Assembly: GCA_030770535.1 (NCBI GenBank)
Contig: JASVEC010000003.1
Coordinates: forward strand, 1,302,001-1,366,000
Direction: 5' to 3'
Source of the DNA: Batkoa obscura
Taxonomy: Eukaryota
DNA: 64,000 nt
Below the pieces are notes generated by a model, which ran no database searches, was not told the origin of the DNA, and saw only the letters and a list, made by a program, of their open reading frames with translations. The position numbers and the translations under genes are program-made. Numbering within the stretch: position 1 is the stretch's first letter; the number at the start of each line of letters is the position of its first letter. Of the stretch, positions 1 through 13,272 are shown piece by piece.

Positions 1-1684
1 ATTGAATTAGCTATCTCTTCAGCTTCATTTTGGAAAACGTTGTCCTTACAACCTATTCATGGCACTAAAGATTTAACTGCTTTAATTGTTTTTCCGCAAC
101 AATCTTTTACAACCAAACAAACTTCATCTTTTTTTGATCAATTGTTTCAAACTTATAAAGTAGTTATTGTATTATATTATTACAATTGTTGTTTATTAAT
201 TTACTTTGCCTTAGGAATGTCATTTGGGTAGTATTAATGCTTTAACAAATATTGATTCAACTAAAAGCTACTTTCCATTTCCTAACAAAGCAAAAGGTAA
301 CTAATGTCTACTAAAACAAATGATAAAATTAATTATTTTTAAGACTTTAAAGAATTAATAAGTTTACTTGCTCAATTTAACTCAAATTTAGGTAAGATAC
401 AATGTAATTAAATTAAAATAGTAATACTAATTTTTACTATAGCAGAACAAATTTGTAACTTACCATCAGCGGTAATTCCAAAAAAGATCATATTGTTTTA
501 TGTTACTCCCCTTAATTTAAGTTCAACAAACGCTCTATGGCTTGTCTCTAAATCATTTCGCCAGTTTGTTGCAAAAATGGAAGCTACGCTTCCAAAAACA
601 TCTCAGGTTCATTTTAAAGTAAGTCACCATTTAGTACGCTTAATAATCGTGTATTTATTCTCTGTTAGATTATTCCTTCAATTATTTTACAATATTATCA
701 TTCAAACCAAATCTCGCTAGATTATTATTTAAAACTTTCCTTTAATATTTACTCCCAGTTTCATAAAAATGAAAATGAGGTAAGTTATTGTAATACATAA
801 TATATTAACAATAATTAATAAATGAATAGCTTTTAATTAATAGCCAATCCTCTACTATTTATTGCCCGCCTTATTTTTTAAGTTCTCCACCACCAATACA
901 AATTAATTACAAAATGACGAACGAAGATGTAGCCTTGTTTGATAATGAAAATACGCTACATTTAACTTATTCATGGGGGGCCGATTATGATTGTATCATA
1001 GCTGTATGGATTGATCGTACTGCCCAATACTTAGACCACATCCTTTTACCAGTTGATAAAAAAGCTTTCAAAGATTATTCTTTTTTAGTGGATCAACTAT
1101 TTCAAGCTACAAAAAAATTTCAGGCAAAGTATTTCAAGCATAATGTACGTTTAGCTATTACCAAATTAGGGGTTATGGAAATAACTGAATTAGAAAGTTG
1201 GAAAAAATTAATTAAAAATATACCAGGTTCCTGTATTATGTGTGCAGGTCAATCTTCTGGATTGCAATTTTTTAGTGATGTAGATACCCACCATGGTTTT
1301 GAGAATATTAATATTGAAGCTTCTTCTTTAATTATTACAGAAACAAGGGTACCCTTAAGTAAAAATTTATATTCCAGTGCAGTAGGCATCTTGAGTTATG
1401 AAGGAATACCGGCAATTAATTTAGAAGTGTTTTTATTATATAATACGTTTCAAATTGCTTCACCACCATCACCTCTAATCCCTAGTTTTCGAACAGTGTT
1501 GGCACAATTGAATGACCTTAGAGTACTCGATAATTCATTAAGACCGCCATTTAGCGTTGGATTTCATCCCAATCTGGAGTGTTCTAACCCCATTTTATGT
1601 GATGTTTTATTGCCTTTGCCGTGGAGATGGGTGCTAAGTTCTTTTCTTCACATTGAATATGTAAAGAAAATGGATTTGGTTTAA
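1..1684 (+). CDS. MED13: Mediator subunit Med13 (Ssn2/Srb9), C-terminal part; multi-exon, 5' end outside window
   Basis: Terminal exon has HLTYSW..IIAVWID, RLAITKLGVM...ELESW and a terminal LPLP-W segment, resembling the Med13 C-terminal domain. Several short GT-AG introns lie upstream. Confidence 0.65.
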
Positions 1685-1988
1685 GCAAGTATAATTTAAA
1701 TAGGACTAATAAGAGCAATAAGTTGTATCTAAATAAGAATAATTAAAAAGGGGAGTAATTAATTCAATGACTAAAAATGAAATAAGTTATAATTGAAAGA
1801 TGGTTGATTAATTAATAACATGAAAATTTAATAATATAGCTTAGTACTATTTATACTGTGGCATAAAAATAGAAGTGAGATAATGTAATGAAAATAAAGA
1901 AAATAATAATTTAATTATTTATTTACTTTTTTATTAATACTATATTTAATGTTTAATAAAACTACATATCTATTGTTAATTATACACT

Positions 1989-2627
1989 TCAATTCTGTTT
2001 TTCTTCTGTTAAATTCCTTTTTTTCCAAAAAGCTTTGCCATAATTAATCAATAACTCTCGGTTATTGCTAATATCACATAAAGCAAACACACCCATTGCC
2101 AACTCCATAGTATTCAAATCGAAAAATTCTCGAAACTCACAGTTTGGCTTAGCGGCTATGTTTCGATAATCGTTAATATATCTTGCTTCATTGCCTAAAA
2201 AGAATAAAACTATATTAATACATTATGCTATAGTTAAATGAAACCCTTTACCCATTTTATCTGCATCCACTGAATATACATTTAAAAATGACAATACATA
2301 ATCTGATTCCCTATCATACCCCTCTTCACCAGTAACCCATCCAACATATTTAATCAATAACTCACCTTTGATAAAATTCTTCCCACTAAATAAACCAAAA
2401 TAAGGATAAGCTGGATGCTGTTTGTCCATCAACGCTTTGATCTTTAATTTCTTTTGATTTTTTTTACTATCATAACTAAACACGAGTAAATCCCTAAATT
2501 GATACTTAGCTTCTTTGAAGCCTTGATAATGTTCCAGACTGAGTGATTGAATGGACTTTTTTACAGCTGTTGTAGCATATTGAGGTTGATCAATGTATTT
2601 TAGTTTAGTGTCAGGCCACGCTTTCAT
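1989..2627 (-). CDS. Small SET-domain protein (putative lysine methyltransferase), 2 exons
   Basis: Exon 1 has GLFS..IKGELLIKYVG..YSVDA. Exon 2 (about 2194-1989) reads GNEARYINDY...ELLINYGKAFW, the SET signature motifs. TGA at 1989-1991. Confidence 0.85.
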
Positions 2628-2863
2628 GAGTTGTAAGTATGGGTAAGAGGAATGGAATAAAAGAGTTAAACCAATTAGAATTGAGCTCTTAAAGTGAGAT
2701 CTTTTTGATAAGGGATAAAAATTTTAATTGATAAAAGTGACTGATTCAACGTCATTAATGAATAAAAACCGTATTAAAAAATAAAGAAACATATATAAAA
2801 AGAGTTGAATGAAAGGAACATTTTAATTTTGATTTGTACTAAAAATAAAATAATACAATAATA

Positions 2864-4186
2864 ATGATATCAAAATTATCTAGAGTAAATTTCAATCATA
2901 AAACTTCAATAATTAAATCACTAACTTTCATTTAGCTCCCAAAACTATCTTCAACATTAAACGCAAAGAGATGCCTATCACATACAACTCCAGTTGCCAG
3001 CTTATTATCCATCTATAACCAACCTGAGATCACTTTTATCAAAGGCAAGGGTATGACCTTAACGGACAAAGATGGTAATAATTATTTAGATATGACAGCG
3101 GGTATAGCTGTAAACGCTTTAGGTCATGGCGATTCAAAAATAAGTCAAATACTTTATCAACAAAGTCAAGAATTGATTCATCTATCGAATTTATACAAAC
3201 ACCCTCACTCGATTGAATTAAGTAATAGACTAATTCAATACAGTAATAATGATTTTGATAAAGTATTTATATGTAACAGTGGTACCGAAGCCACCGAAGC
3301 AGCATTGAAATTTAGTCGAAAATATCAATATATCAAATGTGGTAATAAGAGTGAAAAGTTTAATTTTGTATCATTCAAAAATGCATTTCATGGTAGAAGT
3401 ATGGGTGCTTTAAGTGTCACTGGCAATCAAAAATACCAACTGGCTTTTGAACCTTTAGTACCCGGTGTGAAACAATTGGAGTTAAATTGTTCCTTAGAAA
3501 TATTAGAAAAAAGTTTGGGTAAAGGTAGTAATGTAGGTAGTGTAATTGTTGAACCGATTCAAGGGGAGGGGGGAATCCATGTAGCAAATTATGAATTTTT
3601 AAAAAATTTAAGGAAGGTGTGTGATAAAAATGATATCTTATTAATTTATGATGAAATTCAATGTGGTTTAGGTAGAAGTGGTAAATTATGGAGTTATCAA
3701 CATTATGAAAATGTAAAGCCAGATATTTTAAATTGTGCTAAACCTTTAGGGAATGGAATGCCTATTGGTGCAACCTTAGTCAATAGTAAAGTTGGAGATT
3801 GTATTCATGTAGGCGATCATGGTACCACCTTTGGTGGTAATCCGTTGGCATGTGCAGTGGCTAATCATGTAGTCAGTAGGATTAATGAAAAAGAATTTTT
3901 AAACAACGTTAATATGATGGGGGAATATTTAATGAGTGAGTTATGTTTATTACAAAATCAATATGCGTCTATTATTAAAGAGGTTAGAGGTAAAGGGTTA
4001 ATGATTGGGGTGGAGATTCATAAGGGATTTGATGCTAAACATATAGTACAGTTAGGTTTAGATTTAGGAATGTTGATTATTACGTGCGGAGAAAATACGG
4101 TTAGAATTGTTCCCCCTTTAATTATTAATCAAGAGTATTCAGACCAATTTTTGAAGATATTTAAACAAATTTTAAATAAACTATAA
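2864..4186 (+). CDS. ARG8: Mitochondrial acetylornithine aminotransferase (class III PLP-dependent)
   Basis: YLDMTAGIAVNALGH, NSGTEATE, FHGRSMG, EPIQGEGG, DEIQCGLGR, AKPLGNG, HGTTFGGNPLAC. Short exon 1 (ATG 2864) and an intron 2885-2935 (GTAAAT..CTAAC..TTAG) add an in-frame basic/Ser-rich presequence. Confidence 0.95.
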
Positions 4187-6110
4187 GTCATTTAAATCAT
4201 TTAACTGGGATTCTATAGTTGTCATACTTGTATTAAGTAATATTATATACTTGTTGTAAATAGTTAATAATACAGGTATTAATAATTTATAGGAATTGTT
4301 AGTGACTAATAGTTGATTATTTAATAAACCCTAAAATTACTATTAGTATAAGAATAGTCATAGAAATAATAAACTTACAACACAGTTTGTGTAAAATTTT
4401 AAACTATTTTTTAATATATTTAAACCTTGATTTAAATAATCTAACTCATTTTTGTTATTAATTTTATCTTTTTCATCATAAAATACATTTTTCCATAAAT
4501 CAATCTCATCTTTTGTATACCATAAGCGTAATAAATTAATAGTTTTATAATCTAAAGTAAAATCATTATTTAATTGTAAATCACTAAGAAACATTAATTA
4601 ATACAAATAAACAATATTTTATCAAATAATTTACTTATCCAAATTAAACTCTTTAATAGTTTCTAATTTATTATTTAATATTTGATTACTACTATCCACT
4701 AACTTAATGTTCATAATCAAATTAAATATGTTACTGTCTATAGGCTCATTACTGGTGCTAATAAATGTGAATAGTTTGTTCTTTTCCACTTTCAACAACT
4801 CTAGAAACACGAAGGAATCCAATTGAATATAATCAAACGTATTTTTATCCAATATAAATCCATATTCCAACAACAGTATCAAATCATTGTGTCCCCCATA
4901 CTGTATAAAAATCTAAAAACAAATCAATTTTTATTCTTATTTATAACATAAAATTACTACTTGTTCCCCTTTTTTTATACTTTCCATTGTATAGAATTTA
5001 CAATGACCTTGCTTCAAAACACTATTTCTCTTAAACTCTGTACGGAACTTAACAACATTTTAATTAAAGGATTGAAATAATAGCTAGTAGAATACTTACC
5101 TTGGCATCTGTTTTATGATTTAATAAATCCATAAAGGGAATGATAGCTAAAGGAGAGTAATTGGCCAGTTGTGAGTTCTTATCAAAATCATTAAAGTAGA
5201 TGCAACGAGTATTCACTATTTTAGGGTTAATAGGGCGTCGTTAATGTTATCTTATATTATTACCTATTAAATAAAACCATAAAAAATTATTTATATTTAA
5301 TAGAAATTCATTAATTTTTATGGTGTTATTGTTGATGGACTTAATAATTATAGTGTCGTTAATTTTTTTAATTAAATCTGGGTAGTGCTTTAATGTTGGA
5401 TTAAATTTAACTGACATTTATATTATCAAAAACTTACTGTGATCATTTGTATTATTTTATCAAAGTCCTCATTAATTTTTAATATTCTATTTTTTATAAA
5501 TACTATATCAAAAAATGAATCTATTAATACTATACTAGTGAATAACCTTACTTTGATATTCTATTGAAAATGTTTTAAACAGTTCTGAAGTTAAAAACTG
5601 AGCGTTATAAATAGTTTCCAATATTGGAAACTCTTGTGGTAAGCTCATCAAATAATCGTAATAAAATGAATTTTCCTTTAAACTGTGTTGCATTATTAAA
5701 TAAAACACAAGCCATGCTTGAGAGTCTAAAGACCTGATTTTATCTTTTTTTAAATCATCACAAAGACTAAAAGTGTTACATATGAATTGCAATACAGTGA
5801 ACAAAAGTTACTTATGATTTTTTATGATATTTTCAAAACTGATAATTATGTTTCCAGGTATATTTAAATACAATTCCCCAATCTTTAACATTTTAATTAT
5901 ATTTTCTTTTTATTTTAATATTAAATTACTTTGAAATCTTTATTCGCAATAAGTCCATAACCACTATCTAGATATCAAATAAATAGCTATTCTACTAAAA
6001 CATGGATTTCAGTTATTACCTTCAAACTTTTTAATCACAACTCCATACTTTTCATATTCCACTTGATTTTGCTTCAACCATTCTAAATATTTACTAAACT
6101 TATCTAACAT
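4181..6110 (-). CDS. SET-domain protein of the Rubisco-LSMT/SETD3-SETD4/Rkm type, multi-exon
   Basis: Spliced translation gives YLEWLK..., SGYGLIANKD, SFYYDYLMSLP, NTRCIYF, AIIPFMDLLNH and IFIQYGGHNDLILLLEYGF. Last exon ends in TAG at 4183-4181. Confidence 0.85.
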
Positions 6111-6304
6111 TTCAAAAGCACTATAAAAACCTTCCAATAAAACTCGAGCTTTAAATTAACAATGAAAATGAAATCATCTACTAGTAAAATAACGCCACTG
6201 GAATAATATTACAAATAAAACAAATTTAGCTTTCTTTTATCTTTTATCTTTTATCTTTCATTAACTTAGACTATTCAATTATTATTACAAACACTTAATC
6301 AAAA

Positions 6305-7108
6305 ATGTGGATCTTTGGCTATGGCAGTTTAATTTGGAAAGTGGATTTCCCATATGAAGAAAAGCGAGTAGGTTATATAAAAGGATATGTAAGACGATTT
6401 TGGCAATCAAGTAATGATCATCGAGGTACTCCTGAAGCACCTGGTAGAGTAGTTACTTTATTAACTCATGATCATTGGTCATCTCTTGGTGATGAGGTAA
6501 GTTGAAACATTACTGGAATACAATACAAAATTTTGAAACTTTTTATAATAAAAGCATGGTACCGATGAAGAAGCCAAAACTTTTGGTGTAGCTTATAAAA
6601 TACCTGATGATAAAATTGAAGAGGTGAAACAACATTTAGATTTTAGGGAAAAGGTAAGTGGAAGCTTATTATACAAAAAAAATCGATAATAATTTATAGA
6701 ATGGTTATACTTTACATAAAGTCGATGTTTATGAACCTGGATTAGAAGAACCTATAATTAAGCAAGCAAGTTGGATTGAGAATTATTCTATTATGGTATT
6801 AATTATTTTATTAGGTAGATATCTATATAGGTACTCCAGATAATGAAGCATTTATGGGTATGATACCTATTGATGAATTAGCTTCTCATATTTATAAATC
6901 AAAAGGCAAATAGTTTTATTAAGTTAACTTTATTATATTTATAATGATAAAAAATTTAGGTCCAAGTGGAAGTAATATTGAATACTTATTAAACCTATGT
7001 GAAGCAAGTAGAATTACTTTTCCTGCAGTACCTTTGGATCCTCATCTAGTAGCGTTAGAAGAAAGAGTTTTAAAATTAATTAAGGAGAATGAGAAGCAGA
7101 TTAAATAA
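6305..7108 (+). CDS. CHAC2: Glutathione-specific gamma-glutamylcyclotransferase (ChaC family), 5 exons
   Basis: [61 protein letters not shown]. Introns 3 and 4 need GC donors. Confidence 0.93.
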
Positions 7109-7699
7109 TCTAATTAAATTGGATTTTGTTATTAGAATAAATATTAGTTATTGGACATTATAAAATTTGAGATTTGATATGTTAGATTCGGTAAAATAGG
7201 CATTATAGTATAAATTATTATATAATAATATCTAAATTAATCCTTGACTACCAATGCGTTATTACTCTCAGCTTTAGTAACAATGTCAATTTTTATTAGA
7301 AGCATTACTATTCTATTAGACATTATTTACTCTTTAAATTATAATAATAACATAATTGTTAAAATTATAAGCAATCCAAATAGTATAAATAAGTTACAGG
7401 GTTATTGTTAAATAAATCGATTTTTTAATTCTAATTTTTATATGTTCATGATCAAACAGAGTTGAGTAGATCAAAGATTGATATTGGAATCACCCTATAT
7501 AAATTAGAATATTAAATAAACTATTTAAAAAAAAATTAAACTAAGCTTCAATTTTCAATTGAAATGTCATTAAATTCTTTAGTTGATTTGCTAAATTAAG
7601 AAAAGCATTTTATTAGATTTCAAAGTCTATAACTTTTCCTTTTTTTCCTTTTTTTCATTTTTTTATATTAAATTTGACTTATTTTACTAAACACAATAA

Positions 7700-10600
7700 A
7701 TGAAAATATTATGTATAGCGGAAAAACCGAGCCAAGCTAAAGAAATAGCAAATAAATTAGCCGATGGTGAAGTTAATTCAGTAATTTAATAAAAATAATA
7801 TTAACTCTTATTATTCAATTACTAATTTATTTACAAACAACATAGCAATCTTCTGGTGTCGATTATATTTACAATTATACTTTCAAATTCGCATATGAAA
7901 ATCAAATGTGTGATTTTACAATGACATCAATGATAGGTCATTTAATGGAACTTGAATTTGAAGAAAATTATCGAAATTGGCATTCTTGTCATCCAAAGGA
8001 ATTATTTCATTTACCAGTTTATAAAAGAATTGCTAAGGATAAAGAAAAAGTAGCAGAGAATATTAAGAAATTAGCTAGATATAGTAGATTGTTAATTATT
8101 TGGACGGATTGTGATAGAGAAGGTGAGAATATTGGTATGGAAGGTGTTAATATTGCTAGATCAGTGAATCCAGCGATAATTGTTAAAAGAGCAAAGTTTT
8201 CGGTTATGTTAGCGAGGTAATGAGTTTCTATTTAAAGCTGGTGTTACTTATTAACGATATATAGGGAATTAAAATATGCTTGTCAAACACCAGTTAGTAT
8301 TGATCAAGCTTTAGTGGATGCTGTGGATACTCGATCCGAAATTGATTTAAGAATTGGAGCAGCATTAACTCGATTCCAAACTATGCTGTTACAAAAAAAG
8401 TTTCCTGATTTAGCTAATCAAGTAATAAGTTATGGTAAGAATTTTTATTAATATTTTATAGTATAAATCATTGAATATCTAGGCTCTTGTCAGTTCCCAA
8501 CCCTAGGCTTTGTGGTTGAAAGATATTTGAAGATTAAAAATTTCGTACCTGAAGATTTTTATAAAATTGATGTAAAATGTAAAAAAGGAGATATTGAAGT
8601 GGATTTCTTATGGAAAAGAAATTATTTATTTGATGAATTAATGTGTGCCATCCTTTTTGATAAATGCTTTAAAAACCCGCTTTGTAAGATTATCAATATC
8701 ACTTCGTCACCAACGAGTAAATGGTAATTATAATATTTCAAATTAAAACATCAAACTAATTTTTATTTAATAGGAGACCACTACCCCTTACTACTGTGGA
8801 ATTACAAAAAATGGGATCAAAATATTTGAAATTGTCTTCTGATAAAGTTATGGAAGTAAATATTTTAATAATTGTTTTTATTTAGAAACTTAATAGATTA
8901 AAGATAGCAAATAACTTATATAACAAAGGATTTATATCTTATCCAAGAACTGAAACTGATCAATTTGATAAAAAAATGGATTTAAAAAGTTTAATTGAAA
9001 AACAAAAACATGATACTACTTATTTTAATTATTGTACGAAGTAAATTTTAAATTATTATAAAAATAGATATATATATTAAATTTATAATTTATTTATTAA
9101 TATTAGATTATTAAATAATAATAAATTTTTATGGCCCAGGCAGGGAAAAACAAATGATATGTCTCATCCCCCGATCCATCCTACTGCAGCTTCACCTGGT
9201 TTACAAGGGGATGAAAAAAGAGTGTATGATTTTATAGCAAGAAGATTTTTGGCTGCTTGTTCAGAAGATGCTAAGGGTCAACAAACAACTATTGAAGCAA
9301 CAATAGCTGAAGAAGAGTTTTATGTTAAAGGTAAATAAGTATAGTAATAGGTAGTAATTAAGTAATGACTTTAATAAAATAGGTTTAATGGTTCATGAAT
9401 ATAATTATTTAGAGATTTATATATATGAAAAATGGAATGATAAATTAATACCTAGTTTTGAATTAAATGAAGAATTTATACCTTCTTATTTACAAATGAA
9501 TGAAGGTAAAACAACTCCGCCAAAATTAATATCCGAACCAGAATTAATTACTATAATGAGTAAAAATGGAATTGGTAAGTTTATTATGTTAAGTTATAAA
9601 CTATTATTTATTTTATTTTTAAGGCACGGATGCTACTATTCATGAACATATTAAAAAAATATTAGGAAGAAAATATGTTTATAAAACTGGTAATGAAAAT
9701 TTATTTCATCCTCATGAACTTGGAATTGGTTTAGTTGAGGCTTATGATAAAATTGGACTAGAAAAATCATTGTCTAGGCCGTTTTTAAGAAGAGAAGTAA
9801 ATTTATTAATATTTTAATAATAATAACAATAATAACAATAATAATAAAATTATTATCACTAGTTAGAAAATAGTCTAAAAGCAATTTGTGATGGTAATCA
9901 AATAAAAGAAGATGTATTAAGGAATACAATTGCTATGTATTTAGAAGTATTTAATATAACCAATAATAATGCTAGTGTTTTACTTGAGGTAAATAATATT
10001 TTATATTCCGTTTGAGGGATTTATATTAATTTTTATTTTATAGACAATGATCAACCATTTAAATATTACAACTAATGACGCCAGTATTGATTTTACTACT
10101 TTAGGTTGTGTAAGTTATTTTTTACTTTTTATTATTATTTGTTTTTAATTTTATTTTAGTTTCCATCTTCTGAAGTTGTATTACAATGTGAACGTTGCAA
10201 TCAAGCAATGAATTTAAAACAAATGGCAGATGGTAAATTTTTGTTAGGTAATAATAATATTAATAAGTTTTAATTTATTAATAATATAATTATTAGGTTG
10301 TAAAGGATATCCAGCATGTCGAAACAGTATGTGGTTTAATAAAGAAAAATTCAAAAAAGTAGAAATTATGAATGAAAATTGTCAAAATTGTTTAAGAAAT
10401 CGAGTTAAGTCAATTAAGAAATTAAAGCTTCATTTTGTGGATTCCATTGTTAATTCAATTGGGCTTGGAAATGTAATTATTTTCAATTTATTTAATTTAT
10501 TTAATTTATTAATTATTTATTAGGTTTATATTGGTTGTGTATGCTGTGATGATAGCTTGTATAATTTATTAGATTTAAAATTCAGTGTTTCTGGGGCAAT

Positions 10601-11532
10601 TAATAATAATTCAACTCCTAATAATAATGTTAACAATTATCAGAATAATAATCAAAATACGCGATCAACTTTTAATTCAAATAATAACATAAGTAATAAC
10701 CAACCTATAAATAATAATCCAAGATCTAGCTATAACCCAACTAATAATTTTGTAAATAATAATAATAATAATAATAATAGAGCCACGATCAATAACAATA
10801 GTACAATAAATAATAGCAATACTACATTTAATAATTCAAACATAGAGCAATATCGACAAGCTTTAATTAATACAAGTTCAGTTGATCCACCACCTAGATG
10901 TCATTGTAGGCTATTAACCGATCTTAAAGAAGTTATTCGTGAAGGACCCAATTTTGGGAAAAAGTATTATAAATGTGTAGGTACAGCAGGATGTGGTTTC
11001 TTTCAATGGGCTGATTTAGCAGATAGAAATGATATGAATAATACATATAATAGTAATTCAAATATGAATGGCATATATGATATGAATACAAATACAAATA
11101 CAAATACAAATACAAATACAAATAATCCAGTATGCTGGAAGTGTAATCAGGTAACTTGATAATATGTGTTGAATTTACTTTTAGTTATACTAATTTTACT
11201 AGGCTGGTCATTATTCTAATCAATGTACAATGCAAACAAATAATAATTATAATAACAATACTAATACTAATGGTAATGCTAATAATAATATTACTTGTTA
11301 TCGTTGTAATCAGGTAATTTTAATATATTTACTAATATACTTTTTATTTATACATTGTGTTTAGCCTGGTCATTACGCAACTAGCTGTCCAGGAACTTCA
11401 AATAATACACAAGCTACTTCTTCAAGAGGTAGGGGCTCCAATAGAGCTAGAGGTACAACTAAAGCTAGAGGTATAACTAGAGCTAAAAGAACTACTAGAG
11501 CTAGAAGTGGTCGTGGTAGAGGAGGGAATTAA
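7700..11532 (+). CDS. TOP3: DNA topoisomerase III alpha with C-terminal zinc ribbon, GRF zinc finger, two CCHC knuckles and an Arg/Gly-rich tail; many exons
   Basis: IAEKPS (Toprim), WTDCDREGENI, SYGSCQFPTLG, GFISYPRTET (catalytic Tyr), HPPIHPT, GIGTDAT. C-terminus has CHC..EGPNFGKKYYKC..CGFFQW, CWKCNQAGHYSNQC and CYRCNQPGHYATSC. Confidence 0.95.
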
Positions 11533-11577
11533 TTTATTAAAATTAGAAAAAAGTATAATAAACCTAAACTTTTAAAA

Positions 11578-12299
11578 TTATGTTTTATTTAATTGATTGA
11601 CTTCAACAACATTTTTATCTTCCATATTATTATTATCATTATCATTTAGTTTATTTTCTTCATCAACTTCACTTTTATTTTCTTTTAATTTATCTCCATA
11701 TTTTTCTCTTGCTCTCTTTGCTTGTTTTTTCTTCTGTTTATTGACTTTATTTTTTTTAATATTCCTCTTTGATAACTCTTTATTATATAAAATATCCAAT
11801 TGCTCCCTCAACATCTTTCTTGCTATTTTTCGATTCTCACTTTGGGATCTTGTTTTTTGGCACTGTATTATATTTAAAGTATTAAATTCAATATAAATGT
11901 ATACAAAATTTTGGCTCACCTGTACCACAATACCTGTAGGTAAATGCTTCAACTCCACTCTACTATTCGTTTTATTAATTGCTTGGCCACCATTGCCACT
12001 ACCTTTAATAAACTTTTCGATAATCTCCGTTTCATCTAGTATAATCTTGATCTTTTCAATTTTAGGCTTCGACGATTTAACTACCGATGTTTAAAAAATA
12101 GTATTATTTTTATTTCTCAATGGTTTAATTATTTGGAATTACCTTTTGATTCATTTACTTCTTGAATTACTACTGTTTCTTCGGTAATAATCTTTGTGGA
12201 TAATTTTCTACCTTGATTAGAATTAAATGGTAGTTTTGTGTGCCTAGTAACTCGATAATTTAGTTGATTCCTAGATAATAAGGAGCTAAATCCCATCAT
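11578..12299 (-). CDS. MTRFR: Mitochondrial class-I release-factor homologue (C12orf65/MTRFR-like), 3 exons
   Basis: EKFIKGSGNGGQAINKT..VELKHLPTGIVVQCQKTRSQSENRKIAR (GGQ domain) followed by a basic C-terminal helix. N-terminus looks like a mitochondrial presequence. Confidence 0.85.
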
Positions 12300-12702
12300 T
12301 ATATTTTTTTTGATTAGTAAATTGAATAACATAACTTTAGATACAATATTGAAGTTGTAAAATGGAATTAATTTTAAAAGTTTCACGACTCAAGTTTCAG
12401 AAGCTCATCTTCAATTTTTTTAGAATTCTTAATTTTTAGCACTTAAATTTTCTATAAATTTACTTCATTATTTTAAAAATAATGATGCCGAGTTTATGTA
12501 TTTAATTAGAAATGATTAGGGCTAATATTTTGAAATAAAGGTATGCAGTAGATAATTAAACTGAATTTATGAATTCAACGAATTTAAAACTCTGGATATA
12601 TATTAATATTTTAAAAATGTTAAAAATGTTGAGATGTTTTTTTTATTGAAATTTCTATTAATACTTTTTTTATTTAATAAATTTTAAAACAAAAAAAATT
12701 AC

Positions 12703-12797
12703 TTAATAAAAAAATTTTATAGAATTTTAAGCAAAGTTTTTAAAATATAAAATATTTAAAAATTAGATAAAAAATGAAACTAATTCAGACAATTCCC
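12703..12797 (+). mobile_element. Degenerate right-end fragment of the Sola-like transposon
   Basis: ttttatagaattttaagcaaagtttttaaaa...aaaatgaaactaattcagacaattccc aligns by eye to 33802-33883, including a decayed TIR. Confidence 0.75.
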
Positions 12798-12909
12798 ACT
12801 TGTTAAATTGGCCCTAGCTAAGAAAAATCATCCTTCAATAATTAAAAAGGAACTAAAAATTCCGATCCAACCAAACATAATTTTTTCAAAACGTTCGGTA
12901 CCTAAAGGG

Positions 12910-13272
12910 TTAATATTACAAAAATTAAACGTAGGAATTTTGGTTTTTTAGTTGTAAGAGTACACCATTCTATCTTTATTAATGTTGTATTCCTTAGCAT
13001 AAAATAATCTTGGATTGTATACACCATCTGTAGAGCTGATTTTACCACCTCTGCCCCATCATATGGCTACATTACCAGCCAATTTAACTCTTTTTTTCAG
13101 ATTTAATTTAAACATCTCTTTATTGTCAAATTTAATCTTTAAATATTCAAATTGAACAAGTCCACCTAAATAATATAATTGATCCTCATGTAAAATATAA
13201 ATACTATTTTTCGCCCTAAATGAAAACAAAACAGTAAAATAAAAAATAAATAAATAAAAGTGTGTATTTAAT
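12910..13272 (-). pseudogene. Truncated pseudogene of the Kelch-like membrane protein family (paralog of 63253+)
   Basis: Translates ILHEDQLYYLGGLVQF..FDNKEMFKLNLKKRVKLAGNVAI*W..DGVYNPRLFY..*KTKIPTFNFCNI, versus IILEDRLYYLGGLTRF..FDNKEVFELNLKKGVNLIGNVAEGW..DGIYDPGLFY..KTMIPMFNFYNI at 63253. Two in-frame stops and no ATG. Confidence 0.85.

Noticed and set aside
11597..12094. Plus-strand hydrophobic ORFs
   Set aside because: Antisense to the Lys/Glu-rich release-factor gene.
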